Source of the DNA: a bacterium | Lineage (GTDB): Bacteria > J088 > JAWLBW01 | Length of the DNA stretch: 64,000 nucleotides | Direction: 5' to 3' | NCBI GenBank assembly: GCA_041690355.1 | Contig: JAWLHK010000002.1 | Location: 62,001 to 126,000, forward strand | Position numbers and translations under genes: made by a program | The notes under the pieces: generated by a model | The model's input: only the letters and a program-made list of their open reading frames with translations | The model's database searches: none | What the model was told of the DNA's origin: nothing | Part shown: positions 27,537 to 35,390 of the stretch, piece by piece | Position numbering within the stretch: the first letter of the stretch is position 1 | Layout: the number at the start of each line of letters is the position of its first letter

Positions 27537-29204
27537 ATGCGTATCTTCACGGCTCTTCTCCTCTCCGTCCTCCTTGCCTGCAGCACCGACCCCGGTCCGC
27601 AGGTTGCGCCCGATGCGGCCCTCCCCGATCTGGACTGCAGAGTCGAGCGTGAGACGACCGAGGGCGCCGTGACGGGCTTCGAGAGCCGCGACGGGCGCTC
27701 CTGCGTCTATCTGGGCGTCCCGTTCGCGCAGCCGCCGGTCGGTGCGCTGCGGTTCGCCCCGCCGCTGCCCCCTGCGAAACGTACGGCCACGCTGCGTGCC
27801 GTCGAGGCCGGCAACGTCTGCCTGCAGCGCACGACGCTCAGCTCGGTGGCCGACGCACCCGATGTCATTCCGGTCTTCGGCGAGGAGGATTGCCTCTATC
27901 TGAACATCTGGCAGCCGGCCGGTGACGGAAAAAAGCCGGTCATGCTCTTCATTCACGGCGGCGCGTTCGTGCTCGGCGCCGGTTCGTGGACGACCTATAA
28001 CGGCGAAGCGCTGGCCCGCCAGGATGTCTTGGTCGTGACCGTCAACTACCGCCTCGGCCCACTCGGCTTTCTGGCGAATCCGGCGCTGCTCGACGAGTCG
28101 CCTGAAGGGGGAACCGGCAACCAGGGGATCCTTGACCAGATCCGCGCCCTCGAGTGGGTGCGCGACAACATTGCGGCTTTCGGAGGCGATCCCGCGAACG
28201 TGACCATCTTCGGCGAGTCGGCGGGGAGCATGAGCGTCTGCACCCTGATGGCGAGCCCGCTGGCCGAGGGCCTCTTTGCCAAGGCCATCCTGGAAAGCGG
28301 CGGCTGCAACGGCGTGGCCCCCCTGACCGTCGGCTATGCCCACGCGGCGAGCTACGCGGTCGACACCGGCTGCAGCGGGGGAACTCCGGCCGACGAACTG
28401 GCGTGCCTGCGCAAGATGGACGCGCACGACATGATCAAGAAGATGGAGTTCGACGTCATCGCCTCGGCCCTCGAACCACATGTCGACGGCGTCGTGCTCA
28501 CCGACGTTCCGCTGAACACGGTGCGCCGCGGCGAGCACAACGTCGTGCCCGTCCTCGGAGGTTCGAACGCCAACGAGGTCCTCCCGGTGTCGCTCGTGAA
28601 TCCCCATTCGTTCCGCCTGAAGACGATGGCCTGGGGCGACTACTACCGCGCGCTGGAGTCGCTCTACGGCGTCACCGATGCGACCGAGCTGCGGGCCCTG
28701 TACGGAAAAGAGGCCGGCTACACGGATCCGTTCGACTCCTGGTATACCCTGGCGTCAGACTTCGTCCTCGGCTGCTCGACCCTGTACGGCGTGCAGGCGG
28801 CGGGGCAGTTTGCCCCGGCGTACCACTACGTCTTCGACTGGCATGCCATGGGCGCCGTGGGCGAGGCGCTGCAGTCGACGCACGCCATCGAGCTGTTCTT
28901 CGTGTTCGGCACCATCGATCACCTCTTCCGCTTCCTGATTCCCGACGAAGAAGTCGATGCGGCCCGCACCCTCGCGCTGCAGACGCAGCAGTTGTGGACC
29001 AGCTTCGCCCGCATGGGAACGCCCACGGCCGACGGGGTGCCCGCCTGGCCGACCGTCGACGAAGGTACGATGATGCTCGGTGTCGACCCGCACGTGAGTC
29101 CGGATGCGAAGCGGGCGGCCTGCGCCTTCTGGGACAGCCGCATGGTGCTGGGCCTCGAGAGCTTCGCGACCGTCCCCAACGCGATCCTCGATCACCTGCC
29201 CTGA
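27537..29204 (+). CDS. Type-B carboxylesterase lipoprotein
   Basis: Lipobox LLAC; YLGVPFAQPPVG.LRF, EDCLYLNIW, HGGAF, FGGDP.NVTIFGESAG, H..EL. Confidence 0.93.
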   Translation: MRIFTALLLSVLLACSTDPGPQVAPDAALPDLDCRVERETTEGAVTGFESRDGRSCVYLGVPFAQPPVGALRFAPPLPPAKRTATLRAVEAGNVCLQRTTLSSVADAPDVIPVFGEEDCLYLNIWQPAGDGKKPVMLFIHGGAFVLGAGSWTTYNGEALARQDVLVVTVNYRLGPLGFLANPALLDESPEGGTGNQGILDQIRALEWVRDNIAAFGGDPANVTIFGESAGSMSVCTLMASPLAEGLFAKAILESGGCNGVAPLTVGYAHAASYAVDTGCSGGTPADELACLRKMDAHDMIKKMEFDVIASALEPHVDGVVLTDVPLNTVRRGEHNVVPVLGGSNANEVLPVSLVNPHSFRLKTMAWGDYYRALESLYGVTDATELRALYGKEAGYTDPFDSWYTLASDFVLGCSTLYGVQAAGQFAPAYHYVFDWHAMGAVGEALQSTHAIELFFVFGTIDHLFRFLIPDEEVDAARTLALQTQQLWTSFARMGTPTADGVPAWPTVDEGTMMLGVDPHVSPDAKRAACAFWDSRMVLGLESFATVPNAILDHLP

Positions 29205-29428
29205 GCCTTCTGGCCGTTTGCTCGATCGTCAACGAATTGAGGACGTACCCTTTCGCGGACACGTTCCGGCGTATCGTAATTCACGCTCGTCCCCTCGCTG
29301 TCGCGCTCCACTCCGCTACGCGCCGTCAGCTCGGGACGAACGGTTCCGGCCCGGCGAATCGTCAATTGTAAATTCGCGTCGCTCGTCACTTGTTTGACTA
29401 ATGGCGTCCGACGCTTGACCATATAGGG

Positions 29429-30973
29429 ATGGCCAAACCCGCAACGCCTTCTCTCGAGCCGCCCCGCAACCCCATCTCTGCGGTCATCGACATCGGCACC
29501 AACTCGGCCCGCATGGAGATCGCCGAGCTGCGCCCCGACGGCTCCATCGTCATCGTCGGCGACGAGAAGGCCTCCATCCGCCTCGGCGACAGCGTATTTC
29601 ACGACGGCGCCATCTCGGGAGACGCATTCGATCGGGCCCTCCAGGCCGTCCTGCGCCTCATCTCGCGGGCCCGCGGCGCCCGGGCCGATCACATTCGCGC
29701 CGTGGCGACCAGCGCCCTGCGCGAAGCCGATAACGGCGCGGAATTCGCGGAACGGGTCGAGAACGAAACCGGCGTTCACATCGAGATCATTCCGGGGACT
29801 GAAGAGGCCCGTCTGATTCACCTCGGCGCCTGCGAAGACTACCCGGGAACCGATCCCGTGCTCGTCTTCGACATCGGCGGGGGCAGCACCGAAATCGCCG
29901 TGGGCCGCGGCGCCGATCTGTGGATGACCAGCCTGCGCATCGGGAGCGCGCGCGTCAGCGAATACTTCCTGCACGCCGATCCGCCGAAGCCCGGCGAGCT
30001 GCGAACCCTCGACCGGTTTCTCGAGAACGCCTTTCTCAAGGCGTGGAAGGATGTGCCCGGCGCGTCCGTGCATCTCGGGACCGCGGGAACCAACGGCGCG
30101 ATCGCCGATGTGCTCAAGCGCGAAGGCAAGGCGTTCACGCTCGATGCGGTGAACGGCCTCTTTGACCGCCTGTCGAGGGCGGATGCGGAGCAACGCCGCG
30201 CGATTCTCGGGCCCAAGGAAGAACATCGCGCCGACATCATTCTCGGCGGGGTCGCCATTGCCCGCGCTTTTCTGCGCGTTTCGGGCGTTCCCGAGATCCG
30301 CTATTCCGGGCGCGGCCTGCGCGACGGCATGCTGGTCGAAGAGGTGCTGCGCGCCCACCTGCGTCCGCGTGAACACGGGGATTCCCGCTCACTGCGCCGC
30401 GCCCGCCTGCTGCAGCTCGGCGACTTCTACCGGTTCGATCGTCCGCATGCGGAACATGTAGCGGCGCTCGCAGGGCGGATCTTCGACCAGCTCGCGCCGC
30501 TGCACGGTCTGGGCGAAGAAGACCGCGATCTTCTCGATGCCGCCGCGCTGCTGCACGACATCGGCCACCACGTCTCCTACGGCAAGCATCACAAGCACAC
30601 GTATTACCTGATCAAGAACTCGGAGCTCGCCGGATTCGACGAGCGCGAGGTGGAACTGGTCGCGAACGTGGCCCGTTACCACAGAAAGGCGCACCCGTCG
30701 GAGCGCCATTCCTCCTACCGCGATCTGGCGAAGCCCGACCGCAAGCGCGTGCAGACACTGGCGGCAATCCTGCGGCTGGCCGATGCCTGCGACCGCCGGC
30801 ACGCGCAGACGGTGAGCGATGTGCGCCTGGCCGTCGCCGACGACCGGGTTGCGCTGCGGCTCGAGGCCGCCGACGACGCCGAGGTCGAGACCTGGCTGAT
30901 TCGCGAGCGCGCGGCCGAGTTGTTCGAATCCGTTTTCCGCCGGGAACTGGTCATCGAAGCGGCGGCCGGCTGA
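29429..30973 (+). CDS. ppx: Exopolyphosphatase / pppGpp phosphohydrolase (Ppx/GppA) with HD domain
   Basis: AVIDIGTNS, VATSALREA, EEARL, DIGGGSTE, RADIILGG, GLRDG, LLHDIG..HHKH..Y. Confidence 0.95.
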   Translation: MAKPATPSLEPPRNPISAVIDIGTNSARMEIAELRPDGSIVIVGDEKASIRLGDSVFHDGAISGDAFDRALQAVLRLISRARGARADHIRAVATSALREADNGAEFAERVENETGVHIEIIPGTEEARLIHLGACEDYPGTDPVLVFDIGGGSTEIAVGRGADLWMTSLRIGSARVSEYFLHADPPKPGELRTLDRFLENAFLKAWKDVPGASVHLGTAGTNGAIADVLKREGKAFTLDAVNGLFDRLSRADAEQRRAILGPKEEHRADIILGGVAIARAFLRVSGVPEIRYSGRGLRDGMLVEEVLRAHLRPREHGDSRSLRRARLLQLGDFYRFDRPHAEHVAALAGRIFDQLAPLHGLGEEDRDLLDAAALLHDIGHHVSYGKHHKHTYYLIKNSELAGFDEREVELVANVARYHRKAHPSERHSSYRDLAKPDRKRVQTLAAILRLADACDRRHAQTVSDVRLAVADDRVALRLEAADDAEVETWLIRERAAELFESVFRRELVIEAAAG

Positions 30974-30998
30974 CCCTTTTTCAATTCTGGACCTTGCC

Positions 30999-31540
30999 AT
31001 GCGTTACCTTGTCGCCGTTCGTCACGCCCAGGCGGTGGAGCCGGATACCGAGGGCTACCGTGACCTGAGCCGGCCGCTCACGGCCAGGGGCCGGCGCCTG
31101 TTCGGCATGGCCGTACGGGGGCTTCGCGACGTGCTGCCCCACGAGGACGTCGCCATTCTTACGAGTCCGCTGGTGCGCGCCTGGCAGACGGCCGAGATCC
31201 TGGGCGAAGCCTGGGACGTGGCTCCGTCGCGGTGCGAGCACCTGGCCCCCGAGGGGGATCTGCGCGGCGTGCTGGCCGAGGCGCGGGCCGCCGGATGCGC
31301 GACCGTGTTCGTCGTGGGCACCGGCCGGATCTCAACGCGTTGATCGCCCGGTGCATCGGGCTGCGAAATCCGGAGCGCATCCGGCTGAAGAAGGGGGGCG
31401 TGGCGCTGGTGGAATTTCCGGAGCGCACGGCGTTCGGAAGCGGCCGCCTCAACGGCCTGCTGGGGGCCGGCCAGCTGGCGCGTATGGACCAACGGCGCGG
31501 GCGGCGGTCTTCGTCCTGGCCCGCGGACGAAGAGGAATGA
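30999..31540 (+). pseudogene. sixA: SixA-like phosphohistidine phosphatase, frameshifted (or a sequencing error)
   Basis: RHAQA...RPLT.RG...TSPLVRAWQTAE in one frame; GHRPDL...LKKGG in another; one base missing at about 31317-31319. Confidence 0.82.
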
Positions 31541-31552
31541 CGTGAGCCAAGG

Positions 31553-32284
31553 CTAGCGGTTGCGGGTCAGCTTCTTCATGCGCGTGCGGTGGCGCAGCCG
31601 GCCGGCAAGCACCTCGCTCACGATGGACCGCACCCGGCGGTGGATGGCCCCCACCGGCTTGGTGCCGTCGAGCACCCTGAAATCGTGCTGCTCGGCCAGG
31701 ACCTGGAACTCCTGCTGCATGCGCGTCTGATACGTGTAGAAGCTGGAGTACATGTCGCCGGACAGGCCGATGTCCATCCCCGACTCCCAGTAGTCGAGAA
31801 ACGGCGTCGCGGCGAAGCGCCGTTCGAGAAGCGTGGTCGGATCGACTCTCAGGTAGAAGACGACGTCGGGACGCGGGGCCGGCGAGAAGACGCCGTCGAC
31901 CCAGGCCGGATCGAGATCGCGCACGCGGCTGCGCGCCATGAGCGTGTAGATGTACCGGTCGGCGAGCACGATGTAGCCGGCCTTGAGGGCCGGGATGATT
32001 TTGTTTTCGACCTGGTCGAAGAGGTCGGTGGCGTAGAAGAGCGCCAGCGTCGCCTTGCCGAGCACGTTGCCCTCCATCGCCTCGTCGAGTTCCTTGGACA
32101 CCAGGTTCGAGCGCTTGAGGCCCATGTCGACCACGGCGTGGCCGGTGTCTTCGAGCCAGTCCTTGAGCAGCTGGATCTGGGTCGAGCGTCCGCTGTTATC
32201 CGGTCCTTCGACGACGACGAGCCGACCGTTGATCTCTTCCGGCGCATTGGGGAGCCGGGTGCCGAAGAATTCGAGCGTCTTCAT
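31553..32284 (-). CDS. Thymidylate-kinase-fold protein B (atypical P-loop)
   Basis: LVVVEGPDNSGRSTQ (K to R), VLADRY, PDVVFYL, YWESGMD. Confidence 0.85.
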   Translation of the reverse strand: MKTLEFFGTRLPNAPEEINGRLVVVEGPDNSGRSTQIQLLKDWLEDTGHAVVDMGLKRSNLVSKELDEAMEGNVLGKATLALFYATDLFDQVENKIIPALKAGYIVLADRYIYTLMARSRVRDLDPAWVDGVFSPAPRPDVVFYLRVDPTTLLERRFAATPFLDYWESGMDIGLSGDMYSSFYTYQTRMQQEFQVLAEQHDFRVLDGTKPVGAIHRRVRSIVSEVLAGRLRHRTRMKKLTRNR

Positions 32285-32976
32285 CCGCGCACCCTGAACT
32301 TCTCGAGGTCGATGGTCTCGGCGACGACCCTGCGCATTTCGGCCTGCTGATCTTCGATGCTCCGTGTCGCGTCGATGACGCGGAAGCCGTGAACCGCCGC
32401 CATCTTTTCGTACTCGTCCATGATCATTCCCTGAAAAATCTCGAAGCTCTTGTAGGGATCGGGGCTCAGATTCATATCCATCCCGGCCTCATGATATTTG
32501 AGCTGCGGGCGCCCCGAGAGAATGCGGTCGAGCGAGACGTGCAGCGGCACGCGGAAGTAGAAGGTGAGTGTCGGCGGCTGGGCAAATCCGTACAGATTGC
32601 GCAGCCATTCGGGGTCGCAGCCCCGGGCCGAGTCGCGCGCGAAGGCCGTATACATGTAACGGTCGGCCAGGACGAGATAGCCGGTGCGCACGAGGGGATG
32701 AATCTGGCGCTCGTAGCGGTCGGCGAAGTCGGTCGCGTGGATGAGCGAGAACGTCGTCGGGGTGAGCAGATGCTCTTTCTTGCCGCGCTTGGTGGCCTTC
32801 TTGACGATGTCCGACGAGTTCCACTCGGTGAAGAACACCCGGTAGTGGTTGATCTCGAGCCACCGCTTCAGAAGATAGATCTGCGTGCTTTTTCCCGAGC
32901 CGTCGATGCCTTCGACGGCAATGAGCGCTCCCGGCTGGCGGGGTCGCGATGTCGAAACCGGAGTCATGGAGTCCAA
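32281..32976 (-). CDS. Thymidylate-kinase-fold protein A
   Basis: LIAVEGIDGSGKSTQ, FTEWN, VLADRY, YHEAGMD; ATGA-coupled to paralogue B. Confidence 0.87.
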   Translation of the reverse strand: MDSMTPVSTSRPRQPGALIAVEGIDGSGKSTQIYLLKRWLEINHYRVFFTEWNSSDIVKKATKRGKKEHLLTPTTFSLIHATDFADRYERQIHPLVRTGYLVLADRYMYTAFARDSARGCDPEWLRNLYGFAQPPTLTFYFRVPLHVSLDRILSGRPQLKYHEAGMDMNLSPDPYKSFEIFQGMIMDEYEKMAAVHGFRVIDATRSIEDQQAEMRRVVAETIDLEKFRVRG

Positions 32977-32990
32977 GGGTAACGCGCAGG

Positions 32991-33008
32991 GATTACCACA
33001 AGGTTACC
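32991..33008 (-). promoter_or_regulatory. 11-bp-period direct repeat matching the motif upstream of the porin
   Basis: GATTACC (32991) and GGTTACC (33002) just upstream of the TMK-like pair. Confidence 0.45.
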
Positions 33009-33071
33009 ATGTCGTGCTTCCGGGGGGGACGGGACGGGCGCCGAAAATATGAAGCGGAATTGAGAAAAAGC

Positions 33072-34472
33072 TCAGTCGTCGCCGGCCAGCCGGTTCAGGC
33101 CGTTGAGGGCGGCCAGCCGGTAGAGCTCCGACAGGGTCGGGTAGTTGAAGACCGTCTCGACGAAGTAGTCGACCGTCCCCTGGAACGCCATGACCGTCTG
33201 GCCGGTGTGAATCAGCTCGCTGGCCCGCTCGCCGAAGATGTGAACGCCGAGCACCTTGCGGGTCTCGCGGTGGAAGATGAGCTTCAGCAGCCCCCAGGTG
33301 TCGCCGTTGATCTGCCCGCGCGCCGTCTCGAAGTAGTGGGCGATGCCGATTTCGTACGGGATACCGGCGGCCATCGCCTCATCTTCGGTCTGGCCCACCA
33401 TGCTGATCTCGGGAATCGTGTAGATGCCGTAGGGGAGCACGTGGCGCAGGCCCGACGGGGCGGGGAGCTCGTCGAAGGCCTTGAGCGCCGCGATGCGCCC
33501 CTGGTCGGTCGACGTCGACGCGAGCGAGGGAAACCCGATGACGTCGCCCACGGCATAGATGTGCGGCTGCTCGGTCTGGTAGTGCTCGTTCACCGTCAGG
33601 TAGCCGCGCGGCGTGACCGAGAGCCCCGCGGCCTCGAGCCCCATGCCTTCGGTGTTGCCGGTGCGCCCCATGGCGAAGAGCAGCTTCTCGGCCGAGATCT
33701 CGCGTCCGTCACTGAGCACGCAGAAGGCGCGGTTGTCGTGGATGCCGATTTCGCCCACGGTCTCTTCGAGGCGCAGAATCGCCCCGCGGCGGCGGAAGTA
33801 GGAGGCGAGCGAGTCGGCGATCTGCCGGTCGGTGAAGCGGACGAGCCGGTCGCGGCTTTCGATGATCGTGACGGCCACCCCGAGCGCGGCGAACATCGAG
33901 GCATATTCGCAGCCGATGACCCCGCCGCCGACGACGATCAGGCTGCGCGGGATGCGGTCGAGCGAGAGGATGGAGTCGCTGTCGAGGATGACCCGTCCGT
34001 CGAAGGGGATGGCCGGCGGGCGCACCGGATGGCTCCCCGTGGCGATCACGATTCGCTCTGCTTCGAGCGTGAGAGGCGGGCCGTCGTGCCGGAGCACGCC
34101 GATGCGGTTCGGCGCCTGAAAAGAGGCGAAGCCGGCGATCGTCTCGACCCCGTTGCGGCGGAACCGGGCGGCGACCTTGGTCGACTCGTTCTGAATGACC
34201 ACCTTCTTGCGGTACATCAGCTCGGTCACGCCGATGTCGCGCTTGAGGTTGACGCTCACGCCGTAGAGCGATCGCTGCTTGAATCCCGCCAGGTACACGG
34301 CGGTCTCGCGTAGCGTCTTCGAGGGTATCGTGCCCGTGTGGATGCAGGCGCCGCCGGGCAGGGGGTCGCGCTCGATCACGGCCACCCGTCTGCCGAGCTT
34401 GGCCGCGGCCAGGGCGGCCTGGACCCCGGCCGGCCCCGAACCGATGACCACCATGTCGTATGTCGTCTGCAT
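33072..34472 (-). CDS. sthA: Soluble pyridine nucleotide transhydrogenase
   Basis: GSGPAG, GGACIHTGTIPSKTLRE (CxxxGT instead of a disulfide), GGGVIGCEYAS, YAVGDVIGFPSL, FNYPTL. Confidence 0.92.
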   Translation of the reverse strand: MQTTYDMVVIGSGPAGVQAALAAAKLGRRVAVIERDPLPGGACIHTGTIPSKTLRETAVYLAGFKQRSLYGVSVNLKRDIGVTELMYRKKVVIQNESTKVAARFRRNGVETIAGFASFQAPNRIGVLRHDGPPLTLEAERIVIATGSHPVRPPAIPFDGRVILDSDSILSLDRIPRSLIVVGGGVIGCEYASMFAALGVAVTIIESRDRLVRFTDRQIADSLASYFRRRGAILRLEETVGEIGIHDNRAFCVLSDGREISAEKLLFAMGRTGNTEGMGLEAAGLSVTPRGYLTVNEHYQTEQPHIYAVGDVIGFPSLASTSTDQGRIAALKAFDELPAPSGLRHVLPYGIYTIPEISMVGQTEDEAMAAGIPYEIGIAHYFETARGQINGDTWGLLKLIFHRETRKVLGVHIFGERASELIHTGQTVMAFQGTVDYFVETVFNYPTLSELYRLAALNGLNRLAGDD

Positions 34473-34491
34473 CCGGCTTGCGCTCCGTGCC

Positions 34492-35295
34492 TCAGGATGC
34501 GGCCGCGACCGCTCGTCCCTGGAAGCCCCAGCGGGTGCGCACGACCCGGTCGAGCGCGCCGAACACGAAGCGGTCGAAGGCGAGCCCGACGGCGACGATG
34601 ACGAGCATGACGGCAAGGAGAAGGGCCGTGTCGCCCGCCGCGCGCCCGCTCGACAGCAGCTGGCCGAGGCTGGCGGTCGAAACGATCAGCTCGGCCCCCA
34701 TCAGGCTGCGCCAGGCGAAGCTCCACCCGAGCTTCAGGCCGGTGGCGATGGCCGGAAAGGCGGCGGGCAGAATGACCTGGCAGTACAGGCGGCAGCCGCG
34801 CGCGCCGAGGACCTCGCCCGCCCGGTAGTAAAGGGGGGGCACGTTGCGCACGGCGTCTTCGGTCGAAACGGTGATCGCCAGAAAGGAGCCCATCACGGTC
34901 ACGAACAGGATGGCCCCCTCGCCGGCGCCGAACCAGAGTAGCGCGAGCGGCAGCCAGCTGATGCTCGGGAGGGCCTGCAGCCCGCTCATGAGCGCGCCGA
35001 GCGTGTTCTTGACCGGACGGCTCGCGGCGAGCACGGTGCCGAGCACGACGCCGGCGCCGATGGACAGGCCGTAGCCGACGACGAGGCGCCGCAGGCTGGC
35101 CAGAAGCGCTTCGGGCAGGCGCCCCGAGCGCAGGCCCTGCGCCAGGGAGTCTGCGACGTCGGTGGGTGAAGCGAACAGGTTGCCCGTATAGCCGCCGAGC
35201 CGGAAGAAGCCGTCCCAGAGAACGAGCACGGCGGCGAGAAACAGGAACCGTTGCACCCAGACCTTCTGCAGCCACGTTGCCATAACCAGTTCCAT
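34492..35295 (-). CDS. ABC transporter permease, TauC/SsuC (nitrate/sulfonate/taurine) type
   Basis: SL.RL..GY, LQALPSISWLPLALLWFG, EAA-like RAGEVLGA, AWRSLMGAE. Confidence 0.88.
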   Translation of the reverse strand: MELVMATWLQKVWVQRFLFLAAVLVLWDGFFRLGGYTGNLFASPTDVADSLAQGLRSGRLPEALLASLRRLVVGYGLSIGAGVVLGTVLAASRPVKNTLGALMSGLQALPSISWLPLALLWFGAGEGAILFVTVMGSFLAITVSTEDAVRNVPPLYYRAGEVLGARGCRLYCQVILPAAFPAIATGLKLGWSFAWRSLMGAELIVSTASLGQLLSSGRAAGDTALLLAVMLVIVAVGLAFDRFVFGALDRVVRTRWGFQGRAVAAAS

Positions 35296-35390
35296 AACCA
35301 GTCAATGTACCATAGTCGTCCCCTCGCGTCGCTTCCGTGGATACCGGCGGCGGGCGGCTGCTGGTACCCTGTAGGCTTGCAGAACCTGTC

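Noticed and set aside
31553-32976. Calling the pair canonical tmk
   Set aside because: Both lack the TREP motif, one has an altered P-loop, and the context is ppx/sixA rather than holB; the gene symbol was withheld.
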